A DNA stretch of 64,000 nt from Ignisphaera aggregans. GTDB lineage: Archaea > Thermoproteota > Thermoprotei_A > Sulfolobales > Ignisphaeraceae. A program made the position numbers and the translations under genes. The stretch spans positions 2,870 to 66,869 of the forward strand of contig DQTV01000045.1 in NCBI GenBank assembly GCA_015662595.1, given 5' to 3'. Position 1 is the first letter of the stretch. Every line of letters starts with the position of its first letter. This document shows positions 10,810-18,182 of the stretch, piece by piece. The notes below the pieces were generated by a model. The model was not told where the DNA came from. It saw only the letters and a list, made by a program, of their open reading frames with translations, and did no database searches.

Positions 10810-11292
10810 TCACACCTCAGCTACAATAACCTCCACAGATGCGTGCGATCTAAACCAAGGTGTAAGACGTCCAAAAGCTCTAGGCATCCACTTCTTTAAA
10901 TAAGGCCCTTTATGCGCCGCTATATGCACTATCCTGAGACGATCAACGTTTAACCCCTTATTACTAGCGTTGTTCTCAACGTTTTCGAGAAGCTTAAGTA
11001 TGTACTTTGCCACCTTTACAGGATATCTACCGATAGGCGTTTTCCACTTACTCCAACGTGTAGGTAAGCCAGGCTTATGAGCTATACCGAGCTTGTAACG
11101 GGTATATGGAACAGGCTCTTTTAGTTCAATAACACGCTTAAGGAATTCCTTCGCTTCTCTAAGCATCATACCCCTTATGACCTTGCAGACTTCGTAAGCC
11201 TCCTTATACGATATAGGAGCATCTCTTATAACAGCTCGAGCTGAGCGTTCCGGATCTATGTTTTTTAGATGGGGGTATCGCCACACTGGCAT
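10810..11292 (-). CDS. rpl22: 50S ribosomal protein L22 (uL22), first gene of this operon block
   Basis: 160 aa, ARAVIRDAPISYKEAYEVCKVIRGM. A GGTGAT Shine-Dalgarno sequence lies 7 nt upstream of the ATG. Confidence 0.93.
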   Translation of the reverse strand: MPVWRYPHLKNIDPERSARAVIRDAPISYKEAYEVCKVIRGMMLREAKEFLKRVIELKEPVPYTRYKLGIAHKPGLPTRWSKWKTPIGRYPVKVAKYILKLLENVENNASNKGLNVDRLRIVHIAAHKGPYLKKWMPRAFGRLTPWFRSHASVEVIVAEV

Positions 11293-11382
11293 GCGTTAAC
11301 ATCACCGCTTTGAACGCCTTTACTATCTAACCTCAGTGCTCTTTCATTAAGCTAGATTAAAAGTGTTCGTAAGACCTTTGGG

Positions 11383-11436
11383 TCAGAGGCGGCAGGCACG
11401 ATCACCTATCACCCCTTAATCCCGAGACTTCATCCC
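11383..11436 (-). ncRNA. Candidate C/D box sRNA overlapping the stop codon of the upstream HAD gene
   Basis: Minus strand reads GGGAUGA(C, 1 mismatch)-24 nt-GUGAUCG(C')-12 nt UGCCUGCCGCCU-CUGA(D). A 5-bp terminal stem pairs UUGGG (11440-11436) with CCCAA (11382-11378). No clear D' box. The guide is GC-rich within an AT-rich spacer. Confidence 0.35.
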
Positions 11437-12065
11437 CCAAGCTCTTCGACTAGTTGGTAAAGGTCTCTTAAGTACTTTCCGCACCTACTCCGCCTATCGA
11501 TAACTATAGCCTTTATTCCGAGCTCTCGAGGTATAGCGCCGTCATACAACGGATCGTCTCCTACATGGAGAAGCTCTGTAGGCTTAATCCCTAAGTCTCT
11601 GAGCATGTAGATATAGAACTCCCTATCCTTCCTTGGGACCCTGAGATCGTCAATGCACGAGTACACTCGCTTAATGCACTTACCGATTGTGGGGTATTTG
11701 TCCAAGAATTTGAGTACCATGCTCCTCGGGGTATTAGTAGCTATCACTAGCGTATAGCGCGTGGCAAGCATGGGTATGAGTTCTAAGGCATCGCCATACA
11801 CCTCAGCTATCGAGAGCGATTCATGTATTGCATCCTCAAGCAGATCTTCTACTCCAAAGCGTAGCGCCCAGTACTGTGGTAAGTACCACTCCAACGTGTT
11901 ACGAGAAACCGTTTCGTAAGCACGCTCGACGAACTTCATAGCTTCGTATAAAGGTATCTTTTCAAGCTTGGCTATCCTACGTGGCAATGCAACAAACCAG
12001 AAATAGTCTATAAAGTCTTTTGGCGCTATGACACCGGCGAAATCTAAAGATAGTACACGCAACAT
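11430..12065 (-). CDS. HAD-superfamily hydrolase
   Basis: N-terminal LSLDFAGVI (motif I-like) and C-terminal LHVGDDPLYDG (motif IV-like). 211 aa. Confidence 0.6.
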   Translation of the reverse strand: MLRVLSLDFAGVIAPKDFIDYFWFVALPRRIAKLEKIPLYEAMKFVERAYETVSRNTLEWYLPQYWALRFGVEDLLEDAIHESLSIAEVYGDALELIPMLATRYTLVIATNTPRSMVLKFLDKYPTIGKCIKRVYSCIDDLRVPRKDREFYIYMLRDLGIKPTELLHVGDDPLYDGAIPRELGIKAIVIDRRSRCGKYLRDLYQLVEELGG

Positions 12066-12143
12066 TAATGCCTTCCCTAATCAGTTAACAGTCTAATTGA
12101 GAGCTTCAAAGCCCTTCTTATCATGGCTTACGAAAGCAATACT

Positions 12144-12151
12144 TTATAAAT
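12144..12151 (+). promoter_or_regulatory. TATA box for rtcB
   Basis: TTTATAAA lies about 35 nt upstream of the ATG at 12184. Confidence 0.4.
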
Positions 12152-12183
12152 CTGATGATTCATAAGATGTACTGGGTCATACT

Positions 12184-13629
12184 ATGGCTCCACCGCTGAA
12201 AAAGATTAACGATGTCACATGGCTCATACCGAAGGACTACAAGAAATGTATGCAGGTTGACGCTATAATATTTGCTGATGAGTTTCTGTTGAATAAGATG
12301 CGTGAGGACGCAACGTTAGAGCAAGCAGCAAATGTTGCATGTCTACCTGGTATACAGGTGGCTAGCTACACTCTTCCCGATGGTCATCAGGGTTACGGAT
12401 TCCCCATAGGTGGAGTTGCTGGATTCGATGTTGAGAACGGCGTCGTGAGTCCAGGAGGCGTTGGATACGACATTAACTGCGGTGTACGCGTACTACGAAC
12501 AGATCTAACATTAAACGATATAAAGCCTAAACTTAAAGAGCTTGTTGAAGCGCTATTCAGAAACATACCAAGCGGTGTCGGCGCCACAGGAAAACTCAGA
12601 CTAACAGTTCAACAGCTAGATGAAGTGTTAGAGGAGGGAGCACAGTGGGCCTTACGCCAAGGCTATGCTACTGAGTTCGATATTGAACACACAGAATCCA
12701 AAGGTAAATTACCTTGGGCAGACGCCTCAAAGGTCAGTAGACGTGCAAAAGAGCGTGGAGCGCCACAACTTGGAACCTTAGGGAGCGGTAACCACTTCCT
12801 AGAAATACAAGTAGTTGACAAGATATACTTGCCGGACGTGGCGAAGAAGATAGGTATATTTGAGGAGGGCCAAATAACATTAATGGTACATACGGGTTCA
12901 AGAGGTTTAGGTCATCAGGTAGCCAGCGATTACCTAATGATCATGGAGCGCGCTATGAGAAAGTATGGCATTAATCCGCCAGATCGAGAACTTGCAGCGG
13001 TTCCGTTCAATAGTCGTGAGGGTCAGGACTACTTCAGCGCTATGGCTGCAGCAGCTAACTACGCGTGGGCTAATAGACAGGTGATAACTCACTGGGCTCG
13101 TGAGACATTTGCTAAGGTGTTTGGCACCGATCCAGAGCATCTAGGAATAAAGTTGATCTATGATGTGGCTCACAACATAGCCAAGGTTGAAGAGCACGAG
13201 ATCGGAGGTAAGAGGTACAAAGTTGTCGTACATAGGAAGGGCGCCACACGAGCCTTCCCACCAGGGCACCCTGAAATTCCTGCTGATCACCGCGAATTCG
13301 GACAAATAGTGCTCATTCCAGGAAGTATGGGTACAGCAAGCTATATAACAATACCAGGTCCCAAAGCCCACGAGATATGGTGGTCTGCACCTCACGGAGC
13401 TGGACGTTGGATGAGTAGAGCGGCTGCCGTCAGAAAGTACTCACCACGTCAAGTAATAGAAATGCTTGAAAAACGTGGAGTACTCGTAAGAGCCGCAACC
13501 GTACGAGAATTGGCAGAAGAGACTCCCGATGCGTATAAAGATGTTGATAGAGTTGTCGATGTGGCTACGAGGGCTAACATAGTTAGACCTGTTGTTAGAC
13601 TACGTTCAATAGCTGTTATCAAAGGTTGA
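12184..13629 (+). CDS. rtcB: RNA-splicing ligase RtcB
   Basis: 481 aa with GYGFPIGGVAGFD, DINCGVR, GSGNHFLE and HSGSRGLGHQ-type motifs (HTGSRGLGHQV). No intein. Confidence 0.95.
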   Translation: MAPPLKKINDVTWLIPKDYKKCMQVDAIIFADEFLLNKMREDATLEQAANVACLPGIQVASYTLPDGHQGYGFPIGGVAGFDVENGVVSPGGVGYDINCGVRVLRTDLTLNDIKPKLKELVEALFRNIPSGVGATGKLRLTVQQLDEVLEEGAQWALRQGYATEFDIEHTESKGKLPWADASKVSRRAKERGAPQLGTLGSGNHFLEIQVVDKIYLPDVAKKIGIFEEGQITLMVHTGSRGLGHQVASDYLMIMERAMRKYGINPPDRELAAVPFNSREGQDYFSAMAAAANYAWANRQVITHWARETFAKVFGTDPEHLGIKLIYDVAHNIAKVEEHEIGGKRYKVVVHRKGATRAFPPGHPEIPADHREFGQIVLIPGSMGTASYITIPGPKAHEIWWSAPHGAGRWMSRAAAVRKYSPRQVIEMLEKRGVLVRAATVRELAEETPDAYKDVDRVVDVATRANIVRPVVRLRSIAVIKG

Positions 13630-13640
13630 GGACTGAAACA

Positions 13641-13648
13641 TATAAAAG
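13641..13648 (+). promoter_or_regulatory. TATA-like box upstream of the GC-rich hairpin
   Basis: TATAAAAG is centred about 26 nt upstream of 13670-13672, just before the hairpin. Confidence 0.35.
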
Positions 13649-13664
13649 TTCTAGGTGAATAAGA

Positions 13665-13670
13665 TTTTTT
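13665..13670 (+). terminator. Oligo-T tract downstream of rtcB
   Basis: A T6 run lies 36 nt after the rtcB stop. Archaeal terminators are oligo-T tracts. Confidence 0.4.
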
Positions 13671-13673
13671 GCA

Positions 13674-13735
13674 GGGCCGCTCGGGGCTCGTAGCGCTTTA
13701 CATACCCCATCCGGCATTATATCCCCGAGCGGCCC
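13674..13735 (+). ncRNA. Unclassified stable hairpin RNA (13-bp perfect GC-rich stem, 36-nt loop)
   Basis: GGGCCGCTCGGGG (13674-13686) is perfectly complementary to CCCCGAGCGGCCC (13723-13735). It is followed by G-ACA and preceded by a TATA box. It lies in a 335-nt gap with no coding gene. Confidence 0.3.
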
Positions 13736-13963
13736 GACAACCCAATTCCAGAACCGAGACATGTACAAACGCGTTCATGTACCGGGCTACGGGAAGAATC
13801 TTGGCATCTGTTGCGTGTCCCCATAGTGCCATTGCTGCACACAACTGTACAGTAACTGTAACTCTGGTTCTAATCACCGTTGACTGGCATGTTGTCACGG
13901 GTCTCTGCTTAGCATTGCTAATACTAGGTATCGCCATAGGCTTCATGCTAAGGCAGCGTATGT

Positions 13964-14569
13964 TCAGAGTACGTGCCTCCAGCGATGAAGGACGTCTTCT
14001 AAAGTAATACCTACCTTATCAAAGCTTTTGCGGCATAACAATACGGAGAAGCAATGTTTAGCTAATCTAGGTAGTTTCTCAAGGTCGCAACGCCGCAAAA
14101 TCATAGCCTTAGACACAATGAACCTCTCGTCTCCGGAGACTACGGTCCTTAAATATGACCTTAGAGCCTCGACTTCCTTTGCGCTAGGCAATAGTGCTGA
14201 GATACACCCTCGAGAAACTGAATACATGATCGGTATACCGAATCTCTTAACCATCTCAACGAGGTATAGTCTATACCCTTTCCTAACATCCTTAGGCTCT
14301 ATTACCGCAACTCCTATACACTTATCGTGCTCCTCTTCGCATTCATCTACAATCTTTAACAACATAGCACTACCACCTAACCGCTCAATAAGCATCGTAA
14401 AGAGCTGTGCTTTCCCTCGATCAACGCTCTCAAAAACACCGCGACACACCATCTGCATCTTGAGCCCCTCAATCACCCTATTAACAATCTTAATAGATTT
14501 CGGAGCTGAAACCATTAGAACAAGGTATCGATCCACGGTGATGTACCCTGCCCTGTAAGTACGCTGCAA
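13964..14569 (-). CDS. Hypothetical protein (weak resemblance to the L7Ae/L30e fold)
   Basis: 201 aa ORF. Segments RGVFESVDRGKAQL...IVDECEEE and VEMVKRFGIPIMYSVS are reminiscent of L7Ae (ERGKAKLV...LCEEKGIPY). By-eye impression only. Confidence 0.45.
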   Translation of the reverse strand: MQRTYRAGYITVDRYLVLMVSAPKSIKIVNRVIEGLKMQMVCRGVFESVDRGKAQLFTMLIERLGGSAMLLKIVDECEEEHDKCIGVAVIEPKDVRKGYRLYLVEMVKRFGIPIMYSVSRGCISALLPSAKEVEALRSYLRTVVSGDERFIVSKAMILRRCDLEKLPRLAKHCFSVLLCRKSFDKVGITLEDVLHRWRHVL

Positions 14570-14598
14570 GAACTATCTTAAAGCTCTATTTTACGGAG

Positions 14599-15333
14599 TT
14601 GTACTCGAGAGTCGTCAAGTACTTCTTAAAGCATCTCATAATCTCAATCCCATTTAACGATACAACTCTTCGCTTTCTGATACCAACTAAGTGGGTACCC
14701 CAAATATTTAGAAACCTAGATCATGTTTTAGTTAGCTGCGACTACTTTAAGTTAGCGTATGCAACTCCTAAGCGAGGATACATAGTCTTAGACATCGGAG
14801 CTTTTATAGGGTTCTACACCATAGCAGCTGCCTATCTTGTCGGTAAAGAAGGAAAGGTGTACGCTGTTGAGCCTAATCCAGAAGCTGTATCGCTGCTAAT
14901 CACAAATATCAAACTCAACAAGGCAAACAATGTCAGGCTGTATCCTGTAGCTATATCAGATAGAAATAAAGTTTTAGAATTGTACATCGGTTACTACGGT
15001 GCTGTAAGCTCAATTATTGGTGAACATACCTCAAAATACGGTGGTATTGAAAGAATACACAAAGTCAAGGGCATTACATTAAGCACGTTACTTAAACACA
15101 TAGGCATTATCGATGTATTAAAGATCGATATAGAAGGGCTAGAAGATCGAGTTCTTAGAGAAGCTAAGGATGAGCTTTGGAGAGTAAGAAACATTGTCGT
15201 CGAAATACATAGCGATGTAGTGAATGCGTATGATATCGAGACACTTCTTCACGAGGCAGGGTTCACAAGGTTAGTCGTGTATACTGCCAGCGATATGCCA
15301 GAACAGATTATAGTCTACGGTACCAGAGCGTAA
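14599..15333 (+). CDS. FkbM-family SAM-dependent methyltransferase
   Basis: VLDIGAFIGFYTIAAA (SAM motif I), VYAVEPNPEA and LKIDIEGLE, typical of the FkbM family. Confidence 0.7.
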   Translation: MYSRVVKYFLKHLIISIPFNDTTLRFLIPTKWVPQIFRNLDHVLVSCDYFKLAYATPKRGYIVLDIGAFIGFYTIAAAYLVGKEGKVYAVEPNPEAVSLLITNIKLNKANNVRLYPVAISDRNKVLELYIGYYGAVSSIIGEHTSKYGGIERIHKVKGITLSTLLKHIGIIDVLKIDIEGLEDRVLREAKDELWRVRNIVVEIHSDVVNAYDIETLLHEAGFTRLVVYTASDMPEQIIVYGTRA

Positions 15334-16227
15334 CTCGACATCAATACACCTTCCATGAATTTCAAGGCAGCGACGTACAATGTCTATTCTAAGCTTCACA
15401 ACATTGCGACACTCACTATCTGTAGGTATGGACAGCAATGCTTTTTCACCATCGAAGAGTATCTTCGAATTGCAAACATACTCTGTACCATTCCTCAACG
15501 TTCTATAAATCGCAACATCTATTTCCTGCACCATTTCTCCGAGAGGTTGAATCTCGATAGTACATCTATGTAGTTCGGCTTTCAAAGCATAACGTTTCAA
15601 AACCTTATTGAGTATAGATATGGAGGCTGAGCAGCTAAGTACATAATTATTGTCAAAACTTTCAATGGATTCTAGTATCTTCCTGCCTAAGTATATCAGA
15701 TCGCTAATCTTGACGTTATCAATAGCATCACGTTCTACGCGTTTACTCGTCACGATATGCAATCCTTCATATCTACTTAGCAGTGCATAGAGTGTAGCAA
15801 CGGCTTCGTATCTTAGTGGTTCAATCCCTAGAGTTTTGATTTCAATAACTTTGAGAGACTTGTGAGTAAGCTTTTTCAACGATTCGAGCATACGCTGATG
15901 GAACGGAACTATAACTAGGACTTCATTATTTAGCGTAGTAGATAGCTTATCTATAGAAATACCACTGTTGGTAGAGACTACGAGAGCTGTGTCAGCACTG
16001 AGATTACGTAGAACATCATCAACCCTTGCTGCTATGCTTACAAGAGCTCGAAACACACGTACCGGAATTCTACTGTATTCAATCACACGTCTATAATCTA
16101 CATCGCTGCTAACAATATAAAACTTAAACCTTGGACCAAGATACGTGTATAGGAACCTTAGTATGGTTGCCACATCGAACGCTGAACCTCCTAAGCATAC
16201 TACATGTACGTTAGGTGTAGACCTCAT
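15271..16227 (-). CDS. Hypothetical protein, possibly SIS-fold (PGI/PMI-like)
   Basis: 318 aa. VVCLGGSAFDVA and ALVVSTNSGISIDKL loosely resemble SIS-domain GMGGS and SYSGNT motifs. Low certainty. Confidence 0.35.
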   Translation of the reverse strand: MRSTPNVHVVCLGGSAFDVATILRFLYTYLGPRFKFYIVSSDVDYRRVIEYSRIPVRVFRALVSIAARVDDVLRNLSADTALVVSTNSGISIDKLSTTLNNEVLVIVPFHQRMLESLKKLTHKSLKVIEIKTLGIEPLRYEAVATLYALLSRYEGLHIVTSKRVERDAIDNVKISDLIYLGRKILESIESFDNNYVLSCSASISILNKVLKRYALKAELHRCTIEIQPLGEMVQEIDVAIYRTLRNGTEYVCNSKILFDGEKALLSIPTDSECRNVVKLRIDIVRRCLEIHGRCIDVELRSGTVDYNLFWHIAGSIHD

Positions 16228-16711
16228 AGTCTTCTACCATCCTAAGGATTATGAAAATGTACGAGACGTTATATGTGTAGCAAAGAGTTTAGGTATTTCG
16301 AAAATCGCCATAGTTAAGAGGCCAGGGATAGAATGTTCGCGCATCACGGTATGGGGAGTACGATTATTCGATTCCCTAGATGACGTAATTAAAGCCTACC
16401 AAGGATTGAAGTACATAGTGCTAGAAACTTATGGGTTTAGTGATATGTCGCTATTACGAAATTCTTGTGGAAAGCGTTTGGGAGTAATTCTAGGAGCCGA
16501 AGACTATGGTATTCCACGACACATTGTAGAGTCTATCCCGGATAAACTAATCATTAGGTTGCCCATGAAGGTTGCTAGCGCTAGTTACAACGTCGTTACA
16601 GCATTAGTCATACTACTTTACGAACTCATGAAACAGTGTGCTTCTCAAGCATGCGTATCAATGTCCACCTCTTTTCTAAATCGAGTAGAAACGTACGTAA
16701 ATCCTCGATAA
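16163..16711 (+). CDS. SPOUT (TrmH/SpoU-type) RNA 2'-O-methyltransferase
   Basis: C-terminal LGVILGAEDYGIPRHIV...IRLPMKVASASYNVVTALVILLYEL knot motifs. The only in-frame starts are GTG 16145 and ATG 16163, so the 5' end overlaps the divergent gene. Confidence 0.65.
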   Translation: MVATSNAEPPKHTTCTLGVDLIVFYHPKDYENVRDVICVAKSLGISKIAIVKRPGIECSRITVWGVRLFDSLDDVIKAYQGLKYIVLETYGFSDMSLLRNSCGKRLGVILGAEDYGIPRHIVESIPDKLIIRLPMKVASASYNVVTALVILLYELMKQCASQACVSMSTSFLNRVETYVNPR

Positions 16712-17282
16712 CCTTTCGCATCACATCAACCTTATGCCTTAATCCCGGTACTAAAGCTTCCGGATAATCAAGTTTCCTAACCTCATTGTATATCCACTCC
16801 ATTAATTGCAGCAGTTTTTGTGCATAGCTGTAGTCATCTCTACGCATCGCATCTATAGCCATACGTTTAAGCTCGCCAACAAAGTCGCATAGCCCATTCA
16901 AATATGGGATATAGTGAAATCCGAGGTCACTAAACGTTGGTATGTCACCGCTAGAGACGAGACGTAGCAACAGTGTTGCCTCTATAAACTCTGATAGAGC
17001 ATTGTTGATTATCCCACTATATTTAAGCTCTGGATGAGATTCAACGAGCTGCATAACATTTCGTACTAAGTCCTCAGCTCTCTTTAATGACTCTCTCGCC
17101 TTCTCAAGATCTCCCGTATGTACATACGTAATGACATCTCCTGAAAGCCTTATTATATCACGTGAAATTCTTATTATTTCCTCCCGTACAGAATCCTTAA
17201 CCTGCAATATTCTCTCAATCTCTTCGACGCTCTTTTTCACAGCCTCAAAAAGACGTTCAAGATTTATCTCAGCTCTTGACAT
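16626..17282 (-). CDS. Translin-family protein
   Basis: 218 aa all-helical. YLNGLCDFVGELKRMAID and GLRHKVDVMRKVIEDL match the archaeal translin pattern. Confidence 0.65.
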   Translation of the reverse strand: MSRAEINLERLFEAVKKSVEEIERILQVKDSVREEIIRISRDIIRLSGDVITYVHTGDLEKARESLKRAEDLVRNVMQLVESHPELKYSGIINNALSEFIEATLLLRLVSSGDIPTFSDLGFHYIPYLNGLCDFVGELKRMAIDAMRRDDYSYAQKLLQLMEWIYNEVRKLDYPEALVPGLRHKVDVMRKVIEDLRTFLLDLEKRWTLIRMLEKHTVS

Positions 17283-17337
17283 AGCATGACACCGTATCTA
17301 GTATGCATGCGAAACTATGTAAAGTATTTATGAAGTC

Positions 17338-17416
17338 CCGTGTCGCCCCCCTTGAGAACCCGCATGCATGGTCGCCAATGGCTCATCCAACTTATGCGGG
17401 CCGGCGCGCGGGGGGC
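17338..17416 (-). ncRNA. Candidate H/ACA-type guide sRNA (single hairpin)
   Basis: Minus strand: lower stem GCCCCCC/GGGGGGC. Internal loop GCGCGCCGG / UUCUCAA. Upper stem CCCGCAU/AUGCGGG. Apical part GGAUGAGCC-AUU-GGCGACC carries tandem GA motifs. An ACA box (17343-17341) lies 15 nt 3' of the upper stem, and a TATAAAA box (17438-17432) lies about 25 nt upstream. Confidence 0.4.
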
Positions 17417-17431
17417 TCACGTTTGAGCCGA

Positions 17432-17438
17432 TTTTATA
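17432..17438 (-). promoter_or_regulatory. TATA box for the H/ACA-like RNA
   Basis: TATAAAA on the minus strand, centred about 25 nt upstream of the first stem nucleotide (17416). Confidence 0.35.
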
Positions 17439-17454
17439 GTCGGGAATAATAAGG

Positions 17455-17462
17455 TATATATA
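17455..17462 (+). promoter_or_regulatory. TATA box for the leaderless phosphoribosyltransferase gene
   Basis: TATATATA centred about 27 nt upstream of the GTG at 17485. Confidence 0.4.
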
Positions 17463-17484
17463 CGTTGGTAGCTTCGTTAAAGAG

Positions 17485-18171
17485 GTGTTGTGTGTGCCTC
17501 GTATACCTGTAAGGTTAGTTACATGGGAGGAAATCGTAGAGTGGAGTAGAGGATTAGCAAAAAGGATAGAGGAACAGGGATATCAACCAGATGTAGTGAT
17601 AGCCATAGCGCGTGGCGGATTCGTTCCAGCTAGACTTATATGTGATTTCCTAGGGGTAGAGAATTTGTTGTCAATTCAATCCCAGCACTGGACCGAAGCT
17701 GCTATGAAGGGTGAGCGAGCAGTAATAAAATTCAAGTATACAATTGATTTAAGAGGAATGAAAGCGCTTCTTGTCGATGACATTGTTGATACCGGTGACT
17801 CGATGATATTAGCAAAGGAGTTCATAGAGCAGAACTGGAAACCAGACGTACTAAAGACTGCTGCATTGCAGTGGATCTCATCGGTCGCGAAAATAAAACC
17901 TGATTTCTATTACATTGAGGTGAAGGAGTGGGTCTGGTTCCAGTATCCATGGACACGGCTTGAGGATACAGTACAGTTCATAAAGAGGATGCTAACTGAA
18001 GAAGCCAGAAGCGGTAAGACTGCTTGGAAGATAGAGGAGATTAAGGAGAAGTTTAAAGAATGGTACGGTATAATGGTTGAGGACCAATACTTCCTAAAGG
18101 CGCTTGAAATTTTGATATCAAAAGGCATGCTAAGAGTGAAGGACGATACATATTACGTTGTACTAAAATGA
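17485..18171 (+). CDS. Purine phosphoribosyltransferase with C-terminal extension
   Basis: PRPP-binding motif ALLVDDIVDTGDSM and N-terminal VIAIARGGFVPARL. 228 aa. Confidence 0.75.
   Translation: MLCVPRIPVRLVTWEEIVEWSRGLAKRIEEQGYQPDVVIAIARGGFVPARLICDFLGVENLLSIQSQHWTEAAMKGERAVIKFKYTIDLRGMKALLVDDIVDTGDSMILAKEFIEQNWKPDVLKTAALQWISSVAKIKPDFYYIEVKEWVWFQYPWTRLEDTVQFIKRMLTEEARSGKTAWKIEEIKEKFKEWYGIMVEDQYFLKALEILISKGMLRVKDDTYYVVLK
18163..18169 (+). promoter_or_regulatory. TATA-like box for the C/D sRNA at 18189
   Basis: CTAAAAT, overlapping the end of the upstream gene and centred about 23 nt before the C box. Confidence 0.3.
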
Positions 18172-18182
18172 TCTGCTAGATA

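Noticed and set aside
108-11292. Numerous 60-150 aa plus-strand ORFs in the track across the ribosomal operon (for example 108-296, 1032-1268, 3438-3764, 5660-5962, 6687-7046, 9853-10293)
   Set aside because: All are antisense shadows of strongly recognisable minus-strand ribosomal or SecY genes. They have low-complexity Ser/Leu/Pro-rich translations and no independent signals.
13672-13963. SRP (7S) RNA, RNase P RNA, or a tRNA / split-tRNA half
   Set aside because: No helix-8-type GNAR/AGCA motifs. No GAAAGUCC (CR-I) or ACAGAA-type pairing partner. No T-loop GTTCRAATC. The hairpin is 62 nt with a 13-bp stem, which is incompatible with a cloverleaf. Only the first ~65 nt is GC-rich, unlike a hyperthermophile structural RNA of 300 nt.
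13669-14007. 112-aa plus-strand ORF (TTG start) and the 82-aa minus-strand ORF 13698-13946 in the rtcB downstream gap
   Set aside because: The first begins inside the perfect GC hairpin. Neither has a plausible start context or recognisable composition, and they overlap each other. The region is treated as non-coding or RNA.
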